This document shows positions 52,697-61,693 of a DNA stretch of 62,379 nt, piece after piece. Position 1 is the stretch's first letter; every line of letters starts with the position of its first letter. Under the pieces are notes generated by a model, which did not search any database, was not told where the DNA came from, and worked only from the letters and a program-made list of their open reading frames with translations. A program made the position numbers and the translations under genes. The stretch is taken from assembly GCA_030613375.1 (NCBI GenBank), contig JAUWMC010000001.1, forward strand, positions 1 through 62,379. Reading direction: 5' to 3'. This DNA is from Candidatus Micrarchaeota archaeon. Lineage in GTDB: Archaea; Micrarchaeota; Micrarchaeia; Anstonellales; Bilamarchaeaceae.

Positions 52697-53319
52697 TGGT
52701 TGCAATGCTTGACAAGCCCGGACTTGCACTCACAATCATTTTCGGATTGGCCATACTCCTCCTTGGGGATTTTTCCTATTTGCTCCTTGTATTCATATTC
52801 TTGATCCTTTCAATAATGGCTACAAAATACGGTTACCATGAAAAAAAGGAAATGGGAATATATGAGCACGATCGGAGCTGGGAAAATGTGCTTTCCAATG
52901 GCCTGGTTCCCACAATTGTGGTGGTGGCGGGATTTTTCATGGGATGGGGTCCGATCCCATACATATGTGCGATAGCTGCAGTAACCTCAGACAAGTTCGC
53001 TTCGGAGCTCGGAGTCTTGGGGGGCAACCCAATCTCATTGGATGGATTCAAAAGAGTTAAAGCAGGAACCAGTGGAGCAGTAAGCAGTACTGGGACCCTG
53101 ATGTCCCTTGCAGGTTCTGCAGCAGTGGGAATTGCAGCAATGTTTCTTTTTGGGATAAGCCCAAGCACAGCCCTTCTTGTGACCCTTGCAGGATTTGCAG
53201 GGAGTTTGGTTGACACACTGTTTGGGGTGTTTGAAGAAAAAGGTTTCGGTACGAAAGGTACAACGAACATTATATGCTCTATTGTAGGAGCATTGATTGG
53301 TTTAATGGTGATATCATGA
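52696..53319 (+). CDS. DUF92 (TMEM19-like) integral membrane protein
   Basis: A multi-TM protein with 'SDKFASELGVL', 'GTSGAVS..GT' and 'GSLVDTLFG' blocks typical of DUF92. Confidence 0.6.
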   Translation: MVAMLDKPGLALTIIFGLAILLLGDFSYLLLVFIFLILSIMATKYGYHEKKEMGIYEHDRSWENVLSNGLVPTIVVVAGFFMGWGPIPYICAIAAVTSDKFASELGVLGGNPISLDGFKRVKAGTSGAVSSTGTLMSLAGSAAVGIAAMFLFGISPSTALLVTLAGFAGSLVDTLFGVFEEKGFGTKGTTNIICSIVGALIGLMVIS

Positions 53320-54056
53320 AAGCAGTAGTATTATGCGGAGGGGAAGGAACAAGGCTCAGGCCTTATACATACACAGTCCCAAAACCCATGCTGTGGCTTG
53401 GAGGGAGACATATCCTCGAATATGCGGTTGAACACCTTAGGAAGAGTGGAATAACTGACATAATTCTCTCAGTTGGATATCTCAAGGAGCAGATAATGGA
53501 CCATTTTGGAGATGGAAGCAAATTCGGAGTGAACATTGAATATTTTGTGGAGGATGAAGCCCTTTTTACTGCAGGGGCAATCTACCCGCACAAAAGCAAG
53601 CTCAAAGATGAAAGATTCCTTGTATTCATGGGGGACCACGTAACAAACATAAACATAGATAAGTTTCTGAAAACCCATGAAAAAACCGGGGCAATTGCAA
53701 CAATTGCAGTAAGGAAGAAAAAGGTCTCTCTGGAGTACGGAATGATTGAAGCAAACGAGAAATCCAAGATTGTAAAAAGCTTCCAGGAAAAGCCGGTCAT
53801 GAATTACTTAATCAATACAGGAATGTATGTCTTTGAGCCCAAGGCCTTGGATTACATAAAGCCTAAAGAAGACTTTGCAAAGGATATTTTCCCAAGGATG
53901 CTGGAAGCAAAGGAAAAGCTCGGAGTGTACAAGTTCAGCAGGGAATATTGGATAGACATTGGAAGAGTAAAGGACTACGAAAGAATGAGGGAACTCTTCA
54001 GCGTAATCGACCTTGCAAGAGACCTGTCCCCGCCCCTAGATATGTACGAAGAGTAG
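53316..54056 (+). CDS. sugar-phosphate nucleotidyltransferase
   Basis: 'MKAVVLCGGEGTRLRPYTYTVPKPML' is the glycine-rich NTP-transferase signature. ATGA overlap with the DUF92 stop. GGTGAT SD is present. Confidence 0.85.
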   Translation: MKAVVLCGGEGTRLRPYTYTVPKPMLWLGGRHILEYAVEHLRKSGITDIILSVGYLKEQIMDHFGDGSKFGVNIEYFVEDEALFTAGAIYPHKSKLKDERFLVFMGDHVTNINIDKFLKTHEKTGAIATIAVRKKKVSLEYGMIEANEKSKIVKSFQEKPVMNYLINTGMYVFEPKALDYIKPKEDFAKDIFPRMLEAKEKLGVYKFSREYWIDIGRVKDYERMRELFSVIDLARDLSPPLDMYEE

Positions 54057-55025
54057 AATCACCCCTACTCCTACAAGGGCTTGTAGGCACATCATTACCA
54101 AAACTAATTTGTATTCTTCCATTCCCCCAGTAAGTTTCAGCACTAAATCAACAAGCCCCCTCGGCTTCCCTTTTTGGGGCATGAGCTTTCCATATTTCAA
54201 ATCAACAAATGTTTTCGGGAGCTTATTGGGCAACTTAATTAGGAAGTCCAGCACATAAAGCGCAAGAATGAGTGCCCCCGCACTTTCTAGATTTCCTATA
54301 ATCACTCCAGTTGCAAGCACAGCCCCGATCATAAGCGTTCCCACATCCCCCGGGAAAACACTTGCAGGGTACCAGTTTTTTGGAAGGAATCCAAGCACAG
54401 CCCCTAACATTGGAATAAATAATACAAGCATCTCCGGGCTTCCATGCACCCATGCAATTATGCTCATGCATGCAAACAAAACAGCACCCATTCCGGTTTC
54501 AATCCCGTTGAATCCTGCAAGCATATTTGTAAGGTTTGAAGCAACCGCAACCCCCACCGGAAGCAGAATAAGAATATACAGAATTCCGAAGTCCACCATC
54601 CCTATAAACGGAAGCATCATAGAAGTGCTTCCTGCAGCCTTCACAGCAATTAATGGAATTGCAGAAAGTAGTGGAATGAATGCCTTTGCCCACTGTGGAA
54701 CATCTAAAATATCATCGAGTATCCCGATAAATGCAAGGGTCTGAATCGTAAGCAGCCCTGCAAGCACAAAAACAATATTGAAAGTAAGCCCACTGAACGT
54801 GCTCAGCATAATCGCAAGCAATATTCCCGAGGAAAAACCCACAACAATGGAAATTCCCCCCATCTCCGCAACTTCTGGCTTGTGGGCCTTGTGCATATCC
54901 TTCCCGACAAACCCAAACTTTTTCAGCCTAGGCACAAGTGCTATGGAAAATGCATAGCTGGTTCCTATTGAAACTAAGAAAATGGCAATATATGCAAAAA
55001 GATCATTCTCAAAAATTGAAAGCAA
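54036..55025 (-). CDS. glycosyltransferase family 4 (polyprenyl-phosphate HexNAc-1-phosphate transferase, AglH/WecA-like)
   Basis: There are ~10 TM helices plus 'ILDDILD', 'NLTNMLAGFNGIE' and 'FPGDVGTL' motifs of the MraY/WecA/GPT superfamily. Confidence 0.8.
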   Translation of the reverse strand: MLSIFENDLFAYIAIFLVSIGTSYAFSIALVPRLKKFGFVGKDMHKAHKPEVAEMGGISIVVGFSSGILLAIMLSTFSGLTFNIVFVLAGLLTIQTLAFIGILDDILDVPQWAKAFIPLLSAIPLIAVKAAGSTSMMLPFIGMVDFGILYILILLPVGVAVASNLTNMLAGFNGIETGMGAVLFACMSIIAWVHGSPEMLVLFIPMLGAVLGFLPKNWYPASVFPGDVGTLMIGAVLATGVIIGNLESAGALILALYVLDFLIKLPNKLPKTFVDLKYGKLMPQKGKPRGLVDLVLKLTGGMEEYKLVLVMMCLQALVGVGVILLFVHI

Positions 55026-56282
55026 CTATCCACCCCTCAATTTCTCGAGTATTTCCTTTGCAGCTTCAGTAGAGTAATCATTTTTTTCTACCATCTTTTC
55101 CACAACGTTTTTTACTTCATCTTCCTTTGCGCCTGCAGCCACTGCAAGGTTTGCTGCATGAAGCTTCATATGCCCTTTCTGTATTCCCACGGTTGAAAGC
55201 GCATTGAGCGCTGCAAAGTTCTGCGCAAGCCCCACAGCGGCCATAACCATAGAAAGCTCCTGCGCACCTTTAACATCTAGAATCTTAAGTGAGATACCTG
55301 CAATCGGGCTCGTATTTATCGCCCCCCCAACTGTACCTACTGTAAGCGGAAGCTCAATCTCACCAACCAAATCCCCATTCTCATCCTTGTAAAACTTATT
55401 CAAGGGTTTATACCCATCCATCGCCGCATACGCGTGTACGGATGCCTCCACAGCCCTCCAGTCGTTTCCGGTAGCAACTGCAACAGCATCTACTCCATTC
55501 ATTATTCCCTTGTTGTGCGTGCAGCACCTGTAAATGTCATTTGCAGCAAATTCATATCCATCCAGCATCTTCTCAATCGCATCTTCCCCAACCACTTCTT
55601 TTTTCCAGACACATTTTGCGCGTGCCTTCCTCTTGGTTGCAAGGTTCGTGAGTATTCTCAGCCGCACTTTCCCACCGATTTTCTCTTCAAGCAGCGGCGC
55701 AATTCCCTCAAGAAGCGTATTGATTGTATTTGCGCCCATTGCGTCCCGTACATCTACATAGAAAATCGCAATCAGCATCTTCCCTCTGGAAGTATCCAGG
55801 ATATGCGCTTCACATTCCTTATATCCTCCCCCATACATTTCCATTCCGGATGCAAGCTCCTTCGCCTTCACTGCAATTTCCTCTTTATTAAAATTAAACT
55901 TCTCAAGGGCATCATCAGAAATCCCAACAAGCTGCACTTGTCCGGTCATAACAGGTTCATCTGCATCAGCAGTAAAACCACCACACTTTGCAGCAAGCTT
56001 TGCAGCTTTCGCAGCCCCCGCAACAACTGAAGGCTCTTCTATGCACATTGGTACTACGTATTCCTTTCCATTAATCACAAAACCTGGTACAATCCCCAAA
56101 GGAAGGTGGTTTATTCCAACCACATTCTCAATCATGCGGTTTGCAGTATCCAGATCAAGTGCACCTGAGTCCAGAAGCACTTTCGCCTCATCATCGCTAA
56201 TCCCCCTCTCTTTTTTGAGTATCTCTATACGCTCTTGAATATTCTTTTTGTAGAATCCTGAGAATGCGTTCATAGGGTTCAC
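55026..56282 (-). CDS. hmgA: HMG-CoA reductase, class-II-like (short, no membrane domain)
   Basis: 'RMIENVVGINHLPLGIVPGFVINGKEYVVPMCIEEPSVVAGAAKAAKLA', 'DAMGANTIN' and 'THNKGIMNG' are present. At 418 aa it abuts the GT4 gene start by 0 nt. Confidence 0.85.
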   Translation of the reverse strand: MNPMNAFSGFYKKNIQERIEILKKERGISDDEAKVLLDSGALDLDTANRMIENVVGINHLPLGIVPGFVINGKEYVVPMCIEEPSVVAGAAKAAKLAAKCGGFTADADEPVMTGQVQLVGISDDALEKFNFNKEEIAVKAKELASGMEMYGGGYKECEAHILDTSRGKMLIAIFYVDVRDAMGANTINTLLEGIAPLLEEKIGGKVRLRILTNLATKRKARAKCVWKKEVVGEDAIEKMLDGYEFAANDIYRCCTHNKGIMNGVDAVAVATGNDWRAVEASVHAYAAMDGYKPLNKFYKDENGDLVGEIELPLTVGTVGGAINTSPIAGISLKILDVKGAQELSMVMAAVGLAQNFAALNALSTVGIQKGHMKLHAANLAVAAGAKEDEVKNVVEKMVEKNDYSTEAAKEILEKLRGG

Positions 56283-56309
56283 TTTAGCCCCAAAAACCTT
56301 TATAATTGA

Positions 56310-56753
56310 CTATTTTTCCATGGAATCCAGCGCCTTTCCTATGTTCTCAAAGGCCTCATCAAACTCTTTCTCGTAAACCTTCCTGATTGCGTCTCGTAGT
56401 TTTTCCTTGTCCTTGGAAATAAAGTACTGACCTTTTTCTCTTTGGATAAGACCCATATTTGCAAGCTTCTGCAAATGGTAATACACTGTTTTCTCGGAAA
56501 CAGAGTTCTTCCTTTTCTTGCTCACTTTATCGTAAATCTCTTTGGTTGTAGGCTTCTTTCCATGTGAAAACTCCTTCAGCAACACATCCAGCACATCAAT
56601 CACAATAGTCCTGCTTTCATTCGGGGAAATCAACCCCAAAGAAAGGGCAATCCAACGTACAAGGGATTTGCGGGTAAGCCTCACATCATCTGTAAGTGCC
56701 ATGTTTCGCACTACAAGCTCCCGTTTAATCAGCTCAGCCTCTGGAATCATCAA
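56310..56753 (-). CDS. winged-helix (ArsR/TrmB-like) transcriptional regulator
   Basis: 'KEIYDKVSKKRKNSVSEKTVYYHLQKLANMGLIQRE' is an HTH plus wing pattern. Confidence 0.6.
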   Translation of the reverse strand: MMIPEAELIKRELVVRNMALTDDVRLTRKSLVRWIALSLGLISPNESRTIVIDVLDVLLKEFSHGKKPTTKEIYDKVSKKRKNSVSEKTVYYHLQKLANMGLIQREKGQYFISKDKEKLRDAIRKVYEKEFDEAFENIGKALDSMEK

Positions 56754-56812
56754 AATCTATTCAACAGCAACAATTAAATTCCTTGGTTGCCCCATATTCT
56801 ACAGGTGGGAAC

Positions 56813-57166
56813 ATGAAAGTATCTTTAAGCACTTATCCTGAAGCTATACCCGCATACCCGGGAAAAACAATAAATCTTATTATTGATGCGAACTCCACAA
56901 GTGAGAATGCAACCTGGCTTGAAGCTCAAATAACTCTCGAAGCAGGCCTTTCTCTCCAAGCACACAAGAGCGTGCATGCAGGAAGGTTTAGAGTTGGAAT
57001 TTGTGAAGGAAGGGAATCTTGTTCCAAGCCCATAAAGATTTATGCGGAGCACAATGTGCGTTCTCATCTCTACAAATGCCACGTTTCCGTATTTGCTTAC
57101 AACAAAAAAGGCGAATCAAACGGAAGGATTGATGAGCACACCCTAATCAAGTGCGACTCTAAATAA
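56813..57166 (+). CDS. hypothetical protein (117 aa)
   Basis: The ATG at 56813 is preceded by AGGTGG. No motif recognised. Confidence 0.4.
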   Translation: MKVSLSTYPEAIPAYPGKTINLIIDANSTSENATWLEAQITLEAGLSLQAHKSVHAGRFRVGICEGRESCSKPIKIYAEHNVRSHLYKCHVSVFAYNKKGESNGRIDEHTLIKCDSK

Positions 57167-57197
57167 TAAGCAATTTAAACCAGCAGAAAAAATTGAT

Positions 57198-57272
57198 TAG
57201 CGGGAGATGGATTTGAACCATCGACCTCCGGGTTATGAGCCCGGCGGGAACTCCAGACTCCCCTATCCCGCT
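57198..57272 (-). tRNA. initiator tRNA-Met(CAU)
   Basis: The reverse strand folds as AGCGGGA/UCCCGCU acceptor (A1:U72), CCGGG-CUCAUAA-CCCGG anticodon arm with three G:C pairs next to the loop, and GAUGG-UUCAAAU-CCAUC T arm. These are archaeal initiator hallmarks. Confidence 0.88.
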
Positions 57273-57389
57273 GTTTAATGTTTAAGGAGTTGGTACTGTT
57301 AACGTTCATTTGTCTTTATAAATATTCCCAATGCGATTGTTTCTCCCGTAAAACAAAAAGATTAGAGTAAAACAGAAGAAAATTTTTTA

Positions 57390-57549
57390 TGGACTTAGGG
57401 GGATTCGCACCCCCGGCCTCTCGCGTTCTTGCAGGCAATCCTTTATCCAACGTTGCTGGAGGGAGCGCACGGGGGGGTGCGCGGGTAGCAACATTGTAAG
57501 ACGGACAGCCTGTTGCAAGGCGAGCGCTCTACTGCTGAGCTATAAGCCC
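57390..57549 (-). tRNA. tRNA-Ala(UGC) with an 88-nt intron at 37/38 (intron = 57426..57513)
   Basis: Reverse strand: GGGCUUA/UAAGUCC acceptor with G3:U70, anticodon arm CUCGC-CUUGCA|intron|C-GCGAG. A perfect hBHBh' is present: helix CUCGC/GCGAG, bulge AAC, 4-bp helix CUUG/CAAG, bulge CAA, helix CAGGC/GCCUG. Confidence 0.88.
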
Positions 57550-57615
57550 TTAACACTTCAAATTAACTGTTTTGAAGTTTGAAAATAATGAGGCGAAATA
57601 CTTAAAAGCTAAGCT

Positions 57616-58584
57616 TCACTCTTGCCCTTCATCCGTTACTACACTAAATGGTTTTCTTCTCTCCACATAGATAGCAGCCACTCCAACCTCAAGCGTAGTA
57701 ACCATGTCCTTTGCAAGCAAAAGCGCGTCATCTACCTCCCCCATCTTTCCTAGATATTCCAAAGTTTCGGGGCAAACGTAAACCTCTTCCCCATTTTTAT
57801 CAAGCTCAACTTTCCCGAGCATGTTCTCTTTGAACCAGTTCATGAGCTCAGTTCTCCCAATACCCAGAGAATCTTCATTTCTTTTAAGGACCATCCTCTT
57901 TCCTGAGTTCTTTTCATGCTTCGCAAGCTCTTTTTCGCATGCAAATATTTCAGACACAAGTTCATCATATCTCTCGAGCTTTTCATCTATGCGGGTAAAC
58001 TCCTCCGCTTCCCAAATCTGCTTTGCCAAATCTCGGGCTTCTTTCAACATAATCAAAATGGCGTTTATAAGTGTTGATCCATCGGAAGTTTTCTCCCTGA
58101 GGTCTATACTTCTAGGGCAGCCTTTGTCTAGGTTGTTGATTATTTGTGTGGCAGTTCTTTTTTCATTGAAGTCAATGCAAAAATGATCCCTCATTTCCCT
58201 GAACTTTGATATGATTTTTTCTTTACGGATGCTTACGATCTTTTTTGAAGGAACTCTATAACCACCATCGATTGGCCTCAATCTGGACACTGCCCTCTCT
58301 TTTGGATTAAGACCTTTCTTGATTCCCAATATTTGGTTCAAGATCTCTTCAATCTCTTCTGAAATAGCTTTATACTTCTCCAGTGATTTAGGGTCAACAG
58401 TTGGAATTAGTAATGAGTACCTTGATGCCATGGTATGTAACAATGCTTTTTTTATTGGGGGAATAGAAGAAGGCCTTACCCTTGTTCTCCTGCTCCTTTC
58501 TCCGGCTTTAAATATTACCGGTCCAGGGGGGACACTAGAAACTGGTTTTGGCCCCCCGGGTTCCCCCGGTACTTCTTTAACCAT
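57616..58584 (-). CDS. hypothetical protein (322 aa), Pro/Gly-rich basic N-terminus
   Basis: The start is taken at MVKEVPGEP (58584). No domain recognised. Confidence 0.5.
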   Translation of the reverse strand: MVKEVPGEPGGPKPVSSVPPGPVIFKAGERSRRTRVRPSSIPPIKKALLHTMASRYSLLIPTVDPKSLEKYKAISEEIEEILNQILGIKKGLNPKERAVSRLRPIDGGYRVPSKKIVSIRKEKIISKFREMRDHFCIDFNEKRTATQIINNLDKGCPRSIDLREKTSDGSTLINAILIMLKEARDLAKQIWEAEEFTRIDEKLERYDELVSEIFACEKELAKHEKNSGKRMVLKRNEDSLGIGRTELMNWFKENMLGKVELDKNGEEVYVCPETLEYLGKMGEVDDALLLAKDMVTTLEVGVAAIYVERRKPFSVVTDEGQE

Positions 58585-58607
58585 GGTGATTATTCGTGTA
58601 TGAGTAT

Positions 58608-58617
58608 GTTTAAATAG
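58608..58617 (-). promoter_or_regulatory. TATA box (CTATTTAAAC on the minus strand) ~28 nt upstream of ATG 58584
   Basis: The spacing is typical of an archaeal leaderless promoter. Confidence 0.45.
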
Positions 58618-58640
58618 CTTTCTAGCGACAAACTTTCCCA

Positions 58641-59234
58641 CTATTTACGCGCAAACACAAGATACGCAGTGTGCGTAAGCCCTACATGCTTGGGCCGCAC
58701 TCCGTACACCCGTACTTCATAATCCCTCACTATACTCTCCAGCATAAACACTTCTGAAAACTTTTCCTTTTCACATTCAAGGTAGAAATTCTTTGCCTGT
58801 TCCATATTTGGAAGGAAGCCTACAAGGTAACCATCTTTTACAAGCGCCTTGTATGCGTGTCCTACGGCCTTATCTGCTTCAGGCATATCCAAGAGCACTA
58901 GATCCACCTCTTTCTCCGTAATCCCTTTTTCCAGGAGATCTCCTTTCTTTATTTTCACGTTTTTGAGCCCTGCCTTTTCCACATTCTTTTTTGCAAGCTC
59001 GCAGAACTCTTCATTTCTTTCATAGGATACAACGCTCTTCACGATATTTCCCAGCACAATTGTTGCAAATGCGGAGCCAGCTCCGGCTTCAACAACCTTA
59101 CTTTTCTTTCCAATACCCGTATAGGATATAACCATCCCGATATCCTTCGGTATAATAACCGCAGGCCCTCTTTTCATGCCCTTCAGAATCTGTGGAAACC
59201 TAATCTCTACCCCCTGCCTCTTTTTTCTTGCCAT
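58641..59234 (-). CDS. trmI: tRNA (adenine-N1)-methyltransferase TrmI (GCD14 family)
   Basis: 'RGPAVIIPKDIGMVISYTGI...KVVEAGAGSAFATIVL' is the SAM motif I. 'VLLDMPEADKAV' and 'RPKHVGLTHTAYLVFARK' follow. The start is at MARKK. Confidence 0.8.
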   Translation of the reverse strand: MARKKRQGVEIRFPQILKGMKRGPAVIIPKDIGMVISYTGIGKKSKVVEAGAGSAFATIVLGNIVKSVVSYERNEEFCELAKKNVEKAGLKNVKIKKGDLLEKGITEKEVDLVLLDMPEADKAVGHAYKALVKDGYLVGFLPNMEQAKNFYLECEKEKFSEVFMLESIVRDYEVRVYGVRPKHVGLTHTAYLVFARK

Positions 59235-59378
59235 GTCGTTAGTGTGAATGCCAATGCTTAATAGTATTTTGGGAAAAGTGCATGTTTTTTGAAGTTTTTC
59301 TGTGCCCATCATATCCCTAGAAAAATAACTTATGTTTATAAACTTTACTTTCCACAAATTATTACTAATTATGGTGAT

Positions 59379-60767
59379 ATGATGAGCAGAACAAAAGAAC
59401 CAGTACAAAAGGAGGAAATGGTGGCAAAGGGCAGAAGGCCCGTAGGGCGTGCTATTGTAAGGGATTCAAACGGAAGGCACGGAAGAGGGATTGTTGCTGA
59501 TATCACTGAAGAAGAAGGGCTTGCAAGGGAACCAAAAGGAAAAGCAGTTATTCGTGCTATTGGAGCTGGGGCAGCAGTAGTTCTTTTTGCATGTGGGGTA
59601 GGTTCTGTTCTTGTTGCATGTAGTGAAGGCGGTGGCCTCAAGGACCCGGACGCAGGCATGGACACAGACACTGAAACCGATACTGGTTCTGAAGTTGATA
59701 CTGATACTGGAACCGGGGAAGAAGCACTTGTTTGCGAACACCACGAAGGTCCCCTGTATGACTATGAAGCAAAGCTCGCAGAAGGGGACACGGCAAGGCT
59801 CACAGTTGAAGGCCACGAAATAGAATTAATCGTCCTTGATGTGGGAAACCAGACCGTCCAGGTCCACGTAACAGATGGTGAAGGAAACCCAATCCTCAAT
59901 GGAGACTCAGACTTCATTTTTGAAGGCACAGAAACCGAAATCACCTTTGACCTTGATGGGGAGATGGTCACCCTTACTCTTTGTTGGGTAGTTGAAGTTC
60001 CTGAAGGGGCAGATGCGGGTGTTGAAGACGCAGGCACAGAAGGCCTTGCCCCAGGAATCTACGCAAAGTTCATCACTGATGGTGAACACGGATTTGTGCA
60101 CTGCGAGGAAGCAGATGAGTACACCTCCACAGAAACTGAATACCTTGTGGATGTAAACACTGTCCAGACAATTACAAAAACCTACTATAATGAGGGTGAA
60201 ACCGGAGATGCGGAATGTGAAGGCGTCACAACTGAATTCCACATGGAAGTCTCTTCATTTGAAGCACCCCTCCCCATTCAGGAAAACCTTCCCGGAGGCG
60301 AGGATAAATCTGTGAAAGTGCGCGGAGCCACCCTAAATCTTCTGGAAGTGAGCTTCAATAGCAGTATCTTAGGTGCAAGGTTGGGCAAGCAGCTTGCAAG
60401 CGGAAACCTCCATGAGGATGAATCCGTAACCGGAGCCTCCCTGGAAGTAGAATACAAGGGAACCGGAACAAGTACTGGGCCGGACTTTGCATTCAAGTAC
60501 CCTGGAATTGATGAGGATACTGACCTTTGGGTAGAAAACACGGGAGACAATGAGAAGACGATCTACGTTCTTACTTCAACAGATCTTCTGGTGTTTACGC
60601 TCAGGTTTGGAAACGCCAATTGGGACGGATCAATTGATGTGAGCCTTCTCAAGGACGTGCAGAGAATGGAGAATGGCACTTTCACTGTTGGCGGGGCAGA
60701 GTATGAAGTTGGGATGGATGTAACCCCAACTGAAATATTAGGATGGACCCTCACACCAGTTGATTAG
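59379..60767 (+). CDS. hypothetical type-II membrane-anchored surface protein, acidic Asp/Thr-rich stalk
   Basis: A basic cytoplasmic N-terminus is followed by the TM 'AIGAGAAVVLFACGVGSVLVAC', then 'DAGMDTDTETDTGSEVDTDTGTGEE' and a ~340-aa acidic beta-rich domain. The start could also be 59418. Confidence 0.55.
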   Translation: MMSRTKEPVQKEEMVAKGRRPVGRAIVRDSNGRHGRGIVADITEEEGLAREPKGKAVIRAIGAGAAVVLFACGVGSVLVACSEGGGLKDPDAGMDTDTETDTGSEVDTDTGTGEEALVCEHHEGPLYDYEAKLAEGDTARLTVEGHEIELIVLDVGNQTVQVHVTDGEGNPILNGDSDFIFEGTETEITFDLDGEMVTLTLCWVVEVPEGADAGVEDAGTEGLAPGIYAKFITDGEHGFVHCEEADEYTSTETEYLVDVNTVQTITKTYYNEGETGDAECEGVTTEFHMEVSSFEAPLPIQENLPGGEDKSVKVRGATLNLLEVSFNSSILGARLGKQLASGNLHEDESVTGASLEVEYKGTGTSTGPDFAFKYPGIDEDTDLWVENTGDNEKTIYVLTSTDLLVFTLRFGNANWDGSIDVSLLKDVQRMENGTFTVGGAEYEVGMDVTPTEILGWTLTPVD

Positions 60768-60800
60768 GGGCATTAATCCCCTCTTTTTTACTTTTCTTTT
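60767..60800 (+). terminator. short hairpin plus T-tract
   Basis: GGGG(60767-70), loop CATTAAT, CCCC(60778-81), then TCTTTTTTACTTTTCTTTTC. Confidence 0.4.
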
Positions 60801-60816
60801 CTAATCTTTTCCAAAA

Positions 60817-61257
60817 TCAGCCTTTCATCTTTTCCCGGTAATCGACTAGCTTTTTCTCAATCGCATTATCCTGCAACGCAAGAATCTGCAGCGCAAGCAA
60901 CGCAGCATTTTTTCCATTGTCTATTCCCACTGCGGCTACAGGGATTCCTGGAGGCATCTGCACAATACTCAACAATGCGTCCATTCCATCTAGCTTTGCG
61001 GAAACCGGAACTCCAATAACCGGAGTAAGCGTATGTGCTGCGATAACTCCTGGAAGCGCAGCAGAGAGTCCCGCAACAGCAATAATCACATCGGCAAAAG
61101 TGCTCTTTACAAGTTTCTCCACTTTCTGAGGGTTTCTATGCGCGGATGCAACCTCATATTTGTAGTCTACCTTAAACTCATCCAGCACATCAGTAATCTT
61201 CTTCACGATTTTCTCATCGCTCTTGCTTCCGGAAATAATCAGGATTTTCTCTGCCAT
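60817..61257 (-). CDS. purE: PurE-family (AIR carboxylase/mutase fold) protein, 146 aa
   Basis: '[10 protein letters not shown]', 'VASAHRNP', '[26 protein letters not shown]' and '[16 protein letters not shown]' are present. Confidence 0.8.
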   Translation of the reverse strand: MAEKILIISGSKSDEKIVKKITDVLDEFKVDYKYEVASAHRNPQKVEKLVKSTFADVIIAVAGLSAALPGVIAAHTLTPVIGVPVSAKLDGMDALLSIVQMPPGIPVAAVGIDNGKNAALLALQILALQDNAIEKKLVDYREKMKG

Positions 61258-61347
61258 GGTAGGCTAAAGGACAGAAAGATTAAAATTGTGTTCATGTAAC
61301 CATGGTTACACATATCCCCTTTAAACACATCCCCCCATCATCTTTTC

Positions 61348-61668
61348 ATGACGCTAAAACCTTCCCAGAGACTAAAGAAGCGATACATCTCATTCACCCT
61401 AAAAGGGAGTTTCACTGAAGATGAGCTTTCGCACGCAATCTACAAATACTCACTCAGATTTTTTGGAGAGTATGGCCTTTCCTCCCGCACAATCAAGCTA
61501 ATCGAATTCAATGAAAATGAAGGAATCCTGCTCGTAAATAGAGATTCTACAGAAGAGGTTCTCGGGATGCTTGCCCTCATAAATGAACTCGCAGGAAAGC
61601 CCACCCGTATAATTTCCAGGAGAACAAGCGGCACCATTTCCTCGCTTAAAGATAAAGATAAGGCTTAA
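61348..61668 (+). CDS. RNase P protein component 2 (Pop5/Rnp2)
   Basis: 'LKPSQRLKKRYISFTL' is the Pop5 N-terminus. 'LRFFGEYGLS......IEF' follows. The size is 106 aa. Confidence 0.75.
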   Translation: MTLKPSQRLKKRYISFTLKGSFTEDELSHAIYKYSLRFFGEYGLSSRTIKLIEFNENEGILLVNRDSTEEVLGMLALINELAGKPTRIISRRTSGTISSLKDKDKA

Positions 61669-61693
61669 AAGTTCATAGTTCTATTTTTTACAC

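Noticed and set aside
16246-60767. A shared basic 'P-G...V-V-x-V-[KR]' peptide at the termini of many orphan proteins, as a possible sorting signal. Examples: IPGKVVEVKR, GRPTVVRAEKVVRA, KVVRVVRVAVEG and GRRPVGRAIVRD.
   Set aside because: The motif is short, appears at N- or C-termini inconsistently, and is made of residues common in basic tails. Without statistics or conservation data it cannot be distinguished from chance.
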